A stretch of DNA of 64,000 bases from Entomortierella parvispora E1425 (GCA_020891255.1 BQFW01000014.1:2046001-2110000); one strand, 5' to 3'. Shown: positions 42,580 through 57,400, counted from the first letter of the stretch. Made by a program: numbers and translations. The notes: a model not told the origin generated them from the letters alone.

Positions 42580-45500
42580 TTATGAGAGGGAGATCGCTGG
42601 CCACCATGGATGGTATTTCCAGTCCAGTTGGACGTGTCTCTTCGGTGCCTTGTAAACGCCAGGCTCCAACACTTGCCCCTGCAACGTGTCCTTGAGCAGT
42701 ACAGGAGCCACCGGTTTCTTGCTCTTGCCCTTTGCCATCACAGCGCTCTGGAGCGCCTTCTTGCGTCGACTCTCAATCGTAAACTCCCGCAGTTCCAGAA
42801 AGCGACCATCCTTTTGAATCGCTGCAATCGAGATCTTTGAGGCGATGCACAGCTTGGCCATACTCTTCACATCCTATTCAGTACATCAGGATATAACTGA
42901 AGTGGTCAGAAACAGTGGAAACGAGACTATTGCCCACAGATAACTCATATTACATGCTTACCAGGCGCCATTCATTTTCACATAGCTCGATGCGGGCATC
43001 GGCTGCCGAAACTCCCTGGAGTTGCTCCAAGAAGGAGGCAGTCTCATTAAATCGCTCTGTGGCATGGGCCAAGATATCTAGAGCCTACCATTCGAGCCCA
43101 ATTTTGATAGAAACGATTAGTACGGTTGATATAAGGGCCAGGGTACAAAGAGAATATCAAAATGCCATCCCTGCTTACATCCACTCCTTCACAGCGCGTG
43201 CGACGTTCGAATTCTTCAAAAGTTAGTAGCTCGGGCGAAGCCAGCTCTCGGAAGGCCTTGAAGCGATGCTCAAATAGCGTCCGGAGATCATTCAGGCCAT
43301 GACTTTCCAGATGTGGAGGCCGCAATGACATATGGCCGACTTTGATCAAAGCGCACATAATCTGGTACACCCCACGGTTAAGGCCTAGTTGGGCGATGGT
43401 CATGAGCTCGGTGACCTCGATTGCAGGTCGGAGATTCCTTAATGGCAATGATGAGGCTGACGACTTCTGGGCGCTAGCTGACTGCGATGCATTGGATAGC
43501 GTTGATGAAGAGGAAGTGGCAGTGGCCAGCATTGTGTCTTCTTCTCCGTCGCCCTCTCCCTCTTCACCCTCTTCTAGATCCAGAGTGTTTTGACCGAGCG
43601 AAGTTTTCTTTTTCTTCTTCTTTTTCTTGTTTTTGTTCTTCTTCTTTAGAGCGCGCGCGTCCCTTTCTTGGAGTTCCTTTTCTTCCTCCGCATCTGCCGC
43701 CAAAATGTACCGAATTCGACGAGCATGTTGCGCGTGTGTTTCGAAGACACAATCTACAAAACTGATTACGGACAAACCAATTAGTGGATTTCCTTGTCCC
43801 TAACAAAACAAGTAGCAAGAAAGAATTCGATGACTACCTGTATATCATTGGGTATTCGAACAAAGAATACAGCTCTAACTGTGCGCCCAAAAGAAGCATC
43901 CACTCCATCACCCACAGCTTCATTTGATATGTCCAAGAAACAAAGTAATATCGCTTCATTCTTCCTGGCTGCTCCAATTCGTCTTTCGAGATATCCGCTC
44001 CTGCATCCAGTCGCCGCACTTCATCTTCGACAAAATGTATCTCCTCGTCAAAACCTTCGGCCTCCGTCTGTAGGGTCTCCCAGAGGAGCACAATCTTTCG
44101 CAGATTTCGTCTTTGCCTTGATGGGTTCTGACCCATGATCTGCAATGTATCTACGAAGGGCTTGGTAGCCTTTTCGACAAACATGACAGCTTTAGCATTG
44201 ATCTGTCTTTTCAGAAGAGACAGGCCGCGGTTTTCATCGTCTTCATCCTCTGGCAACTCTGGAATGAACTCTAGTCCTGATGCAGCTGCTGATTCGGGTG
44301 TCGGGGTTGGGACACCATCCAGCTTCGACTGACAATACTCGAAATTGTCAAAGATCCATGCGGGGGGATTCAAAGTCTCACGAATATGGTCCAGCACCAC
44401 ACGATGCACAGGTCGTGTACCCATGATAATCCGCTCATCATAAAGCACGGTTTGAAGAATGGATCTAGAGAATGCACCCGGGGTGGGCTTTTTGCGGCCA
44501 AACTGAATGAAAAAGTTCTAGTAGGCACCAGCAATCAAAAAAATGAGAGGGATATCAGTACATCTAGTTATACCAATTGGCTACATTTAGCATGAAATCA
44601 ACCTGACACTTACGACAAGGCTCGTTGAGTCTGGAAACGAGAAGGCCTGACCAATAAATAAGAGGTCTTTACACATTTCCTCGAGTTGATCAAAGGTCTG
44701 CATGAAAAGGAGTCATTATTGATTAATCACGCAAGATCAGGTATGTAAGTGAATGAAACAGACTCTTCCATATAGGCACATACCTCGGTCATGGTCAAGA
44801 GAGCGATGGCTCGAGGTGGGGTGTTCGTGACAAGCTTACGGTGAACAGTGTGATCAAAGGCGCTTTCGAGCTTGATCCCCAGGTCGCTTGTGGATCTTAG
44901 GTCCTTCACCTGATCACGCACCATTGCCAGGCGGTCCAAAGCCTGGGGGAACATGGCGCATTTTGGAGCCGTCACTTGATTGACACCCACCACCTGATAC
45001 AAAGCCATAAACGAGAGCTATATAAGTGATTAGTTCTCATGCTGTTTCAGTTACTCTCGATCTCCCTAATAAATATCATTCGCGACTCCACTTACTCTTG
45101 AATAACTTATCCGGGACATAATGCCAGCCACAATTCTCGTCGCCTCTTCTGCTTCATAAACCACGTGAATCCACCGAGCTCCAACATCCTCCATCCAGAC
45201 CTCTGCCCTATCAAGCATAGCAATCAACGAACCCAATGGGAAGCTGTCATAGAATGACGCGCCAAATTTGTTGGTCATGAAATCCTCTTCTTCGTAGACC
45301 TGAGCCTTCCTCATTTCTGTCCAGATCAATGCGCAGCTCTTGACAATGGCCAAAACGCACGACTTTAACACGAGACCAGCGAATTGTGGTGGAGGTGAAG
45401 ACGTCCTGGGGTCTTTTAGCGATTGTTGTCGCAGTGAGTCCTCTGTCATTTCTGTTTCTAAATCAATCTCCATCAATCGCAAAACATAGCAACTCGTGAG

Positions 45501-46287
45501 CAACGTTTGTGAGAGAGCATGTCCTGAAAGCCATGTCATCTATTATAATTAATCAACAACAAAAATGTGTTATTCAACAATGTCAGCACTCACGCTCTCG
45601 GCCCTTGGGCAAGCACTCTATAAGAAAATCGAGACACTTGCCTTTCCGATGAGAATATTGTCAAAAATCCAAATGAATTCTTTTGGGTCGATCAGGCGAT
45701 TCACATCGTACTGGGTCGTGGTAGGATCGTCCACAGTCATACCAGTGTCCATTTTGGGATCCATGATCTATCAGAACAGAGTGGTTAGCATGACGACATA
45801 GTAGACCACCCCTTGCTTCGATAGAAATGCTATCGTCCGCGCACTCACCACAATGGCGCACATAGCATCAAATAAACTGAAAGTTGGAACCTGAACCAAC
45901 TGGCCGACTTTCATTCCTGAATTTGAACAGAGTCAAGAACACGGATGATCAAAAAAAAATGAAAATAAAAAAAAATTGAGTCGACTGCACTTCCAACAAG
46001 TCTTTGCACCATACAAGGCGTGCCCTGAACAACTCATACCTTTTGTGGCAACATCCAGCAGTGAGGTAACGTCCTCAAAAGGGTAAGTGCTTCCACCATT
46101 GCTGAGGCTCAACCTTGCAGCCTTGGATTCGATATGCTGGGCTGATCCGCTGTCTATTAGATTCCAGAAAGTCAAGACGAAGATGCAGATTAGGATGGGC
46201 CAAGAGATCTCAGGTAGAGCACAGCAAATGCGATGCGATGCAGCGGGCCCAGGTCTGTCATATACCTATTCCATGTTCCTGGTCCAT
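42580..46287 (-). CDS. MAK10: NatC N-acetyltransferase auxiliary subunit, multi-exon
   Basis: FEDVTSLL, IMDPKMDTG, WLSGHALSQTLLTSCY, VYEEEDF and YSLFEYPMIY motifs of the Mak10/NAA35 domain. Confidence 0.88.
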
Positions 46288-46412
46288 TGCTGCTGCTGAG
46301 TCTTGTCCCTTCTCTTTCCAGCCCCTGTCCCGGAATGTCTGCGGTTGCGATTGAGGTTGTCGAGAACAGAGGTCAATGCCGAAGGCATGAGAATGTAAGA
46401 ATGTGAAGTGTA

Positions 46413-46418
46413 CACGTG
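46413..46418. promoter_or_regulatory. E-box (CACGTGAC)
   Basis: ~126 bp upstream of the MAK10 ATG at 46287. Confidence 0.4.
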
Positions 46419-46534
46419 ACCGGGCGCGCTTTGATTTTTTTTATTGTCAAACGGATGCTCTGCGTGCGTTTTTTTTTTTTTTTTTTTTTTTGTTTCCTTT
46501 CCAAGGATATCCAGACTATGAGGCTACTTGAGTG

Positions 46535-49500
46535 CTATGACATTTGCTCTTCCATAGGTGATTCTGGGATGCGATCCTTAGTAATCCCAAGACCCTTAAT
46601 GTTGTTGCTATTGATGCCGTTGTTGCTGCTGCTGAGGATGTTACCGCCGGCACTGAGACTACCGCCGGCGTTCATATTGCTGCTCTCGCGTGTTGGTGTA
46701 GCAGGCACTGTTCTTGAGGGTCGTGTCTTGCTAGGAGGTCGTTTACTAATGCCAGACATGGAAGTGGACCGACCTTTCCGTGTTGACACCCCTCCTGAAG
46801 ATGATCCCCCGATCGATCCTCGATGATCGTTCTTTCTTGAAGACATGGAGGAGCTAAAGGACTGACGGCGAGGAGTGGATGGACCGGCACTACTGCTGCC
46901 TCCGTGGCTATTGCCTGGGCTCACGGGCGAATGGATTCGGAGTCCAGCCAGCTGAGTCTCGTGGTCCTGTTGCTCGTGTGAATCGCGGTGATCGTGATGG
47001 TGGCCCGGGTATTGGCCATATGGACTCTGGGGTTGGTGATGGTGACCATGCTGCTGCTGCTGCTGGTATTGCTGGTACGAGGATAGTGGGTATCCGTATT
47101 GGTCCGTCCCTTGACCACCGTGGCCCTGTGCATGCGAGTCCCTGCCAAACCCTGTGGATGGAGACTCCCCTTCAGAGTGAACAAAGCCGGGTGGACTGTA
47201 GGTATCAGGCGAGACAGACTCGGGCGAGAATCCATGCTGCACCAAGGGGGTCATGTATGGGTGGCCATGCAGAGGATGCTGTGGAGTATCCATGCCTGTG
47301 TGAGAATTGCCATGCGACCCAACTGTTGGCGAAAGTGGGCTGGTTGGGTACGAGCCTTCCTCTTGGCGATCATAGTATCCGGCACCATCGTGTGATTGCT
47401 GGGCAGCCATGTGTGAGGCTGAGGATCCGAGAGACTGGTACTGGTACGAGGATCCATACGAATAGTTGGGGTAATAGGGATATTCTCCCGACACCACACT
47501 GCTAATACTATCATTCCTATAGCCCGAGTAACGACCATCAATGGGCTGTCGCTGGGGCCCAGAAGTCGTAGGCGAGGTAGCGGTACCGACCTCGTCGCTA
47601 TCAACATAATGACCAGGAGACCTTCCTCTAACCACCAATGGTGCAGAGATCGAGGTGGCTACCAGAACCATATCACCCATTTCGGTCTCTGCAAACAAAT
47701 CTACGTGGACTTGGTAGTATTGTTGCGCGGCTCTCCGCTTACCATTATTCGCTGTGGCGGTCTTGAACTGGACGCGCTCAAATGTGATTACATTGGGGTT
47801 GGCCTCGGATGAATTCGAGTTCAAGTCCCCACCAGGGCTAACAGGGGTAGGGCGAGGGGTGATTTGAGGCCCCTTATCACGTTTTGGCGTGTGCTGCACA
47901 AGCTCGATGGTCTTTTCGCCATTCTGAATCTGGGCGCCGATGCAGATCAAGAATCTGTGCACGCGCACAAGTTCTCCTCCTCTGTCTAACAAACAAGGAA
48001 GCTCGGGCTGAATCGCGCTATCGAGTCCCTGAATAGAGAACGATGCACTCAACTGGAAATAGTTGCGGCGATAGCATGTCCAGTCGTTTGACGCCAAAAA
48101 GAATCCGCGGTCAATCTTTGCTGCAATCTTGAGGGAATAACTGAACAATGTAAAGGTCATCGAAATAAATGAAAAACAAGAAATATGTCAGTTTACGAGT
48201 GTCTGGGCTATCGAGCAATCGTAAAAACATCCCTCCAATTAAAAGCCCTTCTTTCAAAGTCTTACTTTGAGGATTGGTCCATGCTGAGAAGGGTGTAGTG
48301 TTGCTGGGCTGGGTAGAAAAACGGACTCTCGTGGGTGGCAAAGACCTCGGATCGCCTCTTGGCCCTCTGTACGGACGAAGACGAAGGGGCCGATGCAGAA
48401 TATCCTCCATGACCATTAGATAAAGGGGTGCCGTCGGGACCCAGACCCATGCCCATTCCTGGACCAAACCCGCCTGGACTTTCTGGCTCATGTTCGTCGA
48501 CGCTTCCATGGTGATTGTTGAAGGAGTGGTTTCTATTGATAAGAGAAGGGCAAGAAGAGGAAGCACGATGATGAGATTCCTGCTGAGCAGAAGAAAACTG
48601 AGAGCACAACGCCCCTTGGCCCTGTGAGCAAATTGGAATGCGGGAAAAGAAACCATGAAGATTCCCGCTCAAGGATCTCGGGATGCTTAAATGTCTGACT
48701 TTCTGCTCGGGCGGCTGCTCGGTGCGATGCGATGCGATGCGGCGTGGGCCACCAAGTCCATCCTTCCAGACCCGTCTCCTTTCTGTATGCCCCCTTTTCA
48801 CACGTCTGCGCTCTCGGTCCTTGTCAATCTTGACCTCACCTCGCTCTTCGCCATACCGCACGACACGACACGACACGACACGACACGACAAGATATGACA
48901 CGGCCCAACCTAACCCAACCCAGCCCAACCCACTCTACCCCATTCCACGAACATGAAGCTCGGCAACTTTACCTTGGATAGTGGGTCGAGGAGGCAGACG
49001 AAGAGTACGATCCATTGTTGCTCGTGGCATTGTGGTGGCCTTCATGTCCAGTTCCGCCGTTGCCAGGGATCGGGTAGGAAGAGTAAAAATGGTGGCCGTT
49101 CCCGTCCACGGTGGGACTCCTTCGAAAGGAGAAAAAGGGAAGGGAGCAACGGGAGAATCGAGGTGAGAAAACTGGCTCTGTCCGTCATCCGTCGCGCCTC
49201 CCAAGCCTGCACAGAGCCTCTGCTGCCCGTTTGCCGTGGATGGGCTTTTGGTTGCACCAAACATCAGGAAATGAACTCACGCTCCCTGCACAACCCACCC
49301 CTCAACAGCACATCCTTTCCCCCCTGTGCAACAATGACCTGCCACAACCCACAGCGCTTTCTCTTTGAGTATAGTCCTTGTTATTTTGTGAGAAAACGAA
49401 GGCCGGTTGTAATTTTCTCTCTCCTTTCCCTTTCTTGATACACACCACACTGCAACCCTCCCGCCCCTCCTCCCCGCCCGTCATAACAAGAACAAGATGG

Positions 49501-49861
49501 ATGCACTTACAAAGGATGCGGGTGTGGATCCTGCGGGTATGATGCATGGTGAGCATGGTGGGGATGATATCCTTGGGCCTGTTCGTACTCGTGCTGTTGT
49601 TGCTGATAAGGGTGGACATTGTTCGGCGATAGGGGTGAGGGTGACAACGCAGGCGAGGTCGGAGATGCAAAGGACGAATTGTGGGGATGAACTCCATTGC
49701 CATTGCCACTCCCGTTTCCCATCAAGAAGGTCTGGATTGCAGGGGGCTGTTGTTGGTGGTACGAAGCCGCAGAGCCATTGGGATAATGCGCCGAGGATGT
49801 GGAAGGTGGAGGCGAAGTGTGGTGACTGTACGCTCCGCTGTAGTGTGGTTGTTGTTGCTGT

Positions 49862-49934
<73 letters not shown>

Positions 49935-50169
49935 GACCATCGTAGTAGTCATCGGGGTATCCATTGCCATGCTCCTCGCCGTAGGGGTGTTGTGGTGCCT
50001 GCTGGTGTCGAAGATCACTACTGCCGTTACCGTTAGGATAGTCCAAAGCCATGGGTGTCCGCGGCTCGGTCCGGTCCTGATACTCGAGAGGTTGCTTGGC
50101 TGCATTCGACGCAGAACGTTCCCGAGCAAGCTCTCCCAAGTTGGCGATTGGTGAAGTAGCGGTGGTCAT
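46535..50169 (-). CDS. NDT80/PhoG-family transcription factor, ~4 exons
   Basis: KIDRGFF..WTCYRRNYFQ, FERVQFKTATANNGKRRAAQQYY and SAPLVVRGRSPGHY. Upstream low-complexity exons at ~48260-48600, ~48965-49110 and ~49510-50169 were inferred from GTAAG donors. Confidence 0.88.
49849..49935 (-). repeat. (CAA/CAG)29 poly-glutamine tract
   Basis: 87 nt of CAA/CAG codons between GGT and CCA in the first exon of the NDT80-family gene. Confidence 0.93.
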
Positions 50170-53100
50170 GTTCTGATAGGGGAAGGGTGAAGGAACGTCG
50201 AAGGAAGGTCTCTGTATAATCTGAGAGGAGGGGGGGGAAAGATTGAGAAAGGGGCAGAGGAACGCGGTGAGTGGCCAGGGCAAGCAGAAGATGAAAAGCG
50301 TCTACTCTTTTGCGGCGGATGGTTTGGTCAAGAAGTGGATGCGGGGGAACGGCCCTTTGACACGAGGAAGGTGGAGAGGGGAAGGTCAGGAAGTGGGCAG
50401 GCAGCAACTGGGCAGCACCTAATGCCGGTGCTTATCAGGGATGTTTGTACGCCGTCCCACAAGAAGAGAGGAGCAACAGCAGGCACGACAAGGGAAGGCC
50501 GAACAGTCAAGTGGAGGAGGGTTGGCCTCGGACCTTACGTGTAACTGGCTGTGCGACAGAGCAGAGGGAGATGAAGGGATTGCTTGAGCAGTGGGATTAC
50601 TTTTTTTTTTTTCTCTTTCTCGGAGATGACAGCAATGGCAGAGACGGGAAGAAACCAAAAGGAGTAGCAAAAAAGGATAGGAGGACGAGAGGAAAGCAGA
50701 GTGGAGAGGAGGAACGGAAAGAGGGAGAGGACGAAGGAGGGCAAGGACGAGAAGAAGAAGGGCAAAAAGGAAAAAAGAGAGAGAAAGAAAGAAGAGGGTG
50801 AGGAAAGAGGGGAAGAAGAAGAAAGTGAACAAACAGAAGGACAGAAGACGAAGACACTGTGGGACAAGCAAGGCAAGGGGGACCGACGACCGACCAGGTC
50901 GAGCGAACCAACGCAGGCGAACAGGGCAAACGAGCGAATGAATCGATGAATGAATGCGAAGCACCGAAACTATTGGTGCCACCGCCCAAAGGGCACATTG
51001 GCCAGCAGCGAGCGAGGGCACAGGCACTCTTGTGCATCTGCTCGAGCGCACCAGCGCACAACAGCACACAGGGCACACGCTTTGCACGACTGCTCCGTCG
51101 GTCTATCCATCTTGTATCCGATTCACACACCCTCAATGGCGACAACAAAAGGGCAACAACAAAAACAAAACAACAAGAGCCGCGCTCCTCGCTCCCACCC
51201 GCATTCATTGGACGGTCTTCCGTTTGGCTCCACTTACTTTGGCCCTTGGCCACTGACTGGCTTCTGTCTTGCAGTGCCTCTAACTGAATGGGGGACCTTG
51301 CAGAGGGAAGAGGGGGGCACTGTGCTCGTCTTCTTCAATCGACGGCATTGAATACTTTTCGGTCTGTACACAGGGTATCACAATTGAGAGCAAACACAAG
51401 ACAGAGACAATCCACGATTAACCCACTTGCAAACAGTCTGTCCGGCGGAGGAATCTTTTAGCAAAAGGAGTGTGGACAGGCCACGCAGTGCCTGCAAGGA
51501 TCGATGACAACTCGAAACAACGGCGAAAAGCAAAGGTGACCAACCCCACTCCCTACCCACCCCCTTCCCGAAAATGGAGAACCAAGGAACACGAGCACGG
51601 TCGCATCCATAGCAAGAACAATCGCACAAAGTGCAAGGAAAGAAAATAAAAAAATACGACAAAATAAGAATAAGCATCTTTGTGCAATTGGGTGTTAGTC
51701 ATGGCTAATCGTGCCCGTCCCTATCAAATCGATTCCGCAATCGGAACACGCAGAACAAACGGCTTTGCCTTTGCTCACTCTCACGGACATCCTATTTGCC
51801 CTAATCCTCCCTCCCTCTTTGCTCCTCTCTTTCATCACTTTCTCTCTCTCTTCCCTATCCTGACTCTGTTCGCCCTACATTTGTGCGTGCGACCTTCCCT
51901 GTTGCATTCCTGCTGCTCTCGTTGAAAGATGGGGAAATAAAAATGAACTGTCCCACCAACCGACCGAGCGAACAATGGCGTGCAATGGCACAGAGCAACC
52001 CACAAAGTCCGATGCAAAAAGAAACCGGCCACACCTTGTGTTCCTTGTACTCACCAACAGTGTTCGCAAAACATAACAAAAAGACTATTTAGTCTGCAAA
52101 GCGTGAGGGCCCGGGCAGAGGGGGTGGTCATGGACCAAGCATCTCCTCGAAGAATCTTTTTTCAGGGCGGATTGAATATCCACCGAGGACTGAATTGAGT
52201 GCAGCACGTTCGACAAGTACCCAGGAACACACAACAAATTCATCCTCCAACAGGATGAATTATCACAAAAGCCATTTCTCCTTTGTATATCCATCTCGCT
52301 CATCTGCTCCCTTCTAACCTCGCCAAAGAGACGAGACAACTTGACGTCGCTCCTTGTCATCGCACTATGATGAATTAAAACAATAAAAAAAAGCTATGCA
52401 AGCTTGAACGCGCTTTTTTCTCTTTATCGATGTGGACACAACATCAACTTTGTGTGATCGCTGGACAATTACGATTGCAATTGTCTTCAGCGAGCTTGGT
52501 GACCCTTGGGTCATGCCACCCTCGCCCTCATTCATGCTCAAAATTTCAAATGCAAGAGGCACCACTCGCCATTCCTATATTTTAGTTTATCGCTCAATAA
52601 TCCGTTTCGTCGTCCTCGTCCATTCCTTCCTCTCTCTCTCTCTTCCACCGCAGTTTTTTTTTTTTTTCTTTTTTTGTTTTTTGTTTTCTGCGCTCTGACT
52701 TCCTGAGGTATCTTGAGCAGAGTAGACACGCATGTGGTAGACTAAGGAGATGGTGTTGCTATCCATCTTCGGCAGATATCGCTCAAAAATAGGTGTTGGG
52801 GGACAGAAGCTTGTGGCCACAAGAAAGCAAACTGAATTATACCCAAAAGTATTTTGTACAACAACAGTTGAATTCAATTAGCACCAACAAGACCCGGTTG
52901 ACAACAGGAGTGATGGTTCAAGTTCAGCCGTCGTGCGCGTGCATGTTGTCGTCTGCGATTGGATGGCCTACCTCTTTTGCTTCTTGCCACTTTGACCATT
53001 AGAGCTGAGTTGTGTTCCTGACTGTGTGAGAGCGGCCTTGGAAGTAAGAAGCTCCAAGGAAAGAGGCCACAGGTACTCTTGACACATTCCAGAGATGAGC

Positions 53101-54474
53101 AAAATAAAAAAGAGAAAAGAAGGGGGACAAGAAAAAAAAATGGCCAAGGAGTGTCGAGGAAGAGAGAACCTCTGTCTGCACCTGCATCCAACCCCTGAAT
53201 CCTACTTTGTTGTGATCGAAAAGACTGCTCCATGCTCCATGATTCTGATGTTCATTTCCAACCACTTTGTTGACATGACACGAACGCAACAGACATCGCC
53301 CGTTATCACGCGTAGAAACCACATTTGCTGTAGCAACAAAAAAAAAAGGAGCAAACGAACTGGGGCATCAGCGAGCGCCTTTTTTTTGAACAATGTGCGC
53401 ATGTTATGTGCGTGCGTATTTGCTGCCCATGTGCAGTCAATAAAAATGAGAGAGATAATAATCATCCTATGACCTTGGCAAAGCTGGCTGTTCTGAAGAT
53501 GGTCGGCCCTGTGCCCTTGCGCCGGGGCACACGAACACTTGATGATCTGTTTTTTTTGTTAGGCTTTTGCTCAGTGCGACGTTTGCATTTTAGAATTCTG
53601 CATCCAGGGTACACAGGTGCGACGTCGAGCGCTCGTCAAGAATTCGTAAGGGAAGGTGGGGGGGACCCTTCGACACTGACCACCTGTCCGAGAACGGGCT
53701 GAGGTGGACTCGTGTGAACCAGTGGCAGGTAACCTTCTTTTTGCTCGAGAGATGAGATGAAGAGGCAATGACAAGGGCGAAGAGACGTAAAAATTCGACG
53801 CCCGGTCACTCTCTCGGGTCGACCTTGTGCACAGAGAGCTGGGGTTTCCAGCCAATGAGCATTCCGCCCTCGTCATTGTTTTTTCCCACACACAAGACAG
53901 AACGGAAGCGCTTGCTCTACCCTACCCTGCTGCTCTCGCTCTCTCATTATTCTCTGTGTCCCTTCTCTGAGAGCGGTAGACCTTCACCCACACATGTGCA
54001 TTTTGTCTGCTCTGTACGTACTTGTGGGTGGAGATCTTGACTTTTGGCGACGTTGCGAGTTTTGGGGGCTGCCATTGTTCTCTTTGTTTTGATATTCCGC
54101 GGAATGGTTTATCTCTCACTTTGCCCCCGTTATGGCTCAACTTCTCCTACGCCGACCAATACTTGAGAAAAACAAACGTACATAGATAGTCTACAAAGAT
54201 ACCCGATACCCACAAGTGATAGCATGCATGTTTAAAAAACGATATTCAGCAAAATAGAGGGCTCTCAGTCGTTCTCACGGGAAGCCAAGTTGGGCTGGGC
54301 GGACATGTGCAACAAGCATTTGGCGCCGCCTATTGTCCTGTAATGAGTTCATGCAAGGGACAGCTGCTTCTCGAACGTATGTGTAACAACGAGCTGCCGT
54401 CGGTGGTCTACATAGAACTTCTTGTAGGAATGGAGACTTTAATGCTATTACTACTACAACTGCTAAATACTATA

Positions 54475-57400
54475 CTACTGACTGCTTAAGGCAGGATTGT
54501 CAGCTTTACTGCTGCCGCTCCCACCTGCCTTCCAGAAATGAAGAATCTCCCGATAGGACGAGGGACCTTGGACCGGTGTCTTTACGGTCTTCGTGATGGT
54601 GGACGAAGTAGACGCCTGAGTGTGCAGGGTATCAAAAGTCATTGCTCGCCTCATCGTCATCGAAATTTGACCATTGCCACTATCACTCCCTTGGCTTTCA
54701 CCTTGAATGCCGCCCGAGGCTGCGCCAGAGGTGCCCGCCGAGGGGGGAGCTGTGCTCAATTTAGCTGTCAGTATGGACGATATCGACTTGACGCTAACGT
54801 TGTCGCTATCTGCATGAAGTGGAGGTAGACTGTTCACCTGCGTGGTCAGGGTTGTAGTGGTGGTCGTAGTTGTCACAATCGAAGTTGACGAGGAGCTTTC
54901 GGAAGCCGTGGCTGTCGAAGCCTTGATAGGTTTGAGTGCAGAGAGGCTGTTGGCATCAAAGTTTGGCAGAGACACCCGTCGTACTCGAGACCCATGGTTG
55001 GAGCCAATGGATGAACTCTGACTGGCGTTTGCTCCTAGGCCAGAATCCACACTTCCGCTCTGGGGTTTGTCTTTAGATGACATCTGTGATGATAAACTGG
55101 ATAGGGGAACATAGCTGGTGCGAGGTTGATATTCAGGATGTATTGTCCCCATCCTGCTGCCAATGATGGTGCTTCTTTCCAACGGTGAAGCCACCACGGG
55201 GGCAATGACGCCGCCGCTCTTCGATGCAGGCTTAGACAAAGGGGTAATTCCTGTCGTCGGAGACCAGATGGGTTGACCCTGTGCAGGGCTGACAAACCCT
55301 TCTAATGGACTAGCAACCATAGGAAGAGTCGCAGGATCGAATAGCTGGGAGCGACTTCCCGGAGTATGACTTTGCGTTATAGTAGATGGCATTGATGCTG
55401 CTTCAAGCGTCATCGGCTTGTCATCGCTAGGGTCTTGTCGGGGAGAACTTGAGTAGTCTGATGGATCATAGCCGTTTTCTGCCAGGGTACGACGGCGTGG
55501 TCGAATGTAAGGGACTGGCACAGGCTCAGAAGTCGAATTCAACCCCGCAGATACCCCATCTTCTTCTTCCTGTTGCTGTTGTTGAAGTTGTTGCTGCAAG
55601 AGCTGGTACATGCTTTCGGGCCTTGGTCTCTTTGAGGCCAAAACAGTCTCCAGAGCTCCAAGACGACCCTCCATTTTGTCAAAGCATCTCTCCAACCGCG
55701 ATGACGTTTGCTCCATAGCACGGACACGCTCCGCCACCCGGCCTTCGATCTCGCTAAGGAGCTTGGAATGCATTTCGGCCTCAATTCGGTCAACTCGTTT
55801 ACTGATACGACCATCAACCTCGTCCACGGTCTGAAAGAGGATCAGCTTCGCGTCTCGCATTTGTCCCATCAGGTCTGTCAAAAGCCCATCGTTCAATTCC
55901 TGGTATTGCATGCCAAGAGAGTGTAATTCGTTCCTTAGCTCAACGATTGCCGATGTTTGATCACTGATGGTCGCGCTTTTCTTCAAGCTGATTGTGCCTT
56001 CATTTCCAAGAGCCTCCAAGTACTCTCCTGGTCGGCCCTCTGCATCCATTTCACGATAGGGCTGCATTGCGTTGGAGACACGCTGTTCCTCTGCTGTGAT
56101 AGTATCTTGACCAACACCATCGCCTGCGCGCACGCCTTGCATGTTAGACTTGTGTGATTGAGCAACTTGGTGTACCTTTTGTGCCATTGAGTTATGAGCG
56201 CCATGGAGATCTTGAACCTTTATGCAGGAAGGCAGAGAGAGAGTTGCAGGTTAGACATTGCAGCTACAATCCAACGCGGTGCGCTACTTGAGCGTCTTAC
56301 CTTTGATTCAATATCCACCAGCTTGTACGAGACCAAGACCTCCATTTGATTAACTCGTAGGTCCAGGTCGCCTACTTTCTCGGTGACATGGGACAAAATC
56401 TCCTTCCTCAATGCCAGCGATCCTCCAGGATTCTGGTTGGCAGGGAGGGACCGAGTCAAGGATTCCATCAGAGATCCAGGTCTCGCGCTGCCACTGCCAC
56501 TGGCGCTGCCAGCTACAACGGCAAGGTCCTCGGGTGTTCCTGCCAAAACAGCAGTATGCTCCTCTAACCTCTGGACACGTTGTAAAAACTTTTGCTCAAC
56601 TTCTTGGATTGCTTCTTGAATTCGTTTGTCCAGGTCCGACTTGACCATACCGAAAAAGTCGTCGATGGACTTTTGAGTATCTTGACCAAAGGAGACAGCT
56701 GGGTCTGATGAAGAAGTATTCCCTGCAACCCCATTACCGGAAGATGACAAAGAAGCAGCGTTGAGATTGATGACTGAGGGCAGCGGTGTCGAGTCTGTGG
56801 ATTTGGTCTCCAGCCCACCTTCATCTTTACCCGAGTCTGTCATGGCGACAGAAGACGACTGACCTGAGGCCATGGCTGCAGCACTTTCAAGGACTCTTTT
56901 GACTTCCAGGTCTTGAATCGAACTTTCTGAAGCTTGGTTCTCGTGACTCGGGCTTGACGAGTGAGGGATATCAAAGCCACTTGTAACCTTTGTAAGAGGC
57001 GACGACGAAGTTGTTCCTGATCTAGGCCTCCCTAGTTGAAGGGGTGGTCGTGGTCCTCGGGGCTTACCGCTCTCACTCTGGAGAGTGTTGCTGAGGCTAG
57101 CCTGCAATTGATCATCCGATGTCTTTTGCTCCTCACTGGTAGCACCCAGGGGCGAGTTGCGAGCGCTCCATGCCCCGAATCCCTCCCCACTACGCCTGTT
57201 CAAGTATCGTCCCGAGCCAAGACTTGGGTAGCTTGATGGTTTTGTGAATACAGGCTCCTCATCCTCTTCTTCGCGGATGGCATCCAAGAACGGACTTCGG
57301 ACAGAGAGTGATCCGCTCAAGAGCTGGATATTATGCTGGTCCATGTCGACCTCGTCGTATTCGTCTTCGTCCACCTCATCGTCTTCGCCATCTTCGTGAA

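Noticed and set aside
49681-50154. Poly-Leu/poly-Val ORFs on the plus strand
   Set aside because: They are antisense shadows of the poly-Q tract.
51600-52280. CACAAA-like Ndt80 (MSE) sites suggesting autoregulation
   Set aside because: The matches are partial and expected by chance in A-rich sequence.
50328-53900. Many overlapping 60-220-aa ORFs on both strands
   Set aside because: They are explained by stop-poor purine/pyrimidine low-complexity DNA and show no domains or consistent splice structure.
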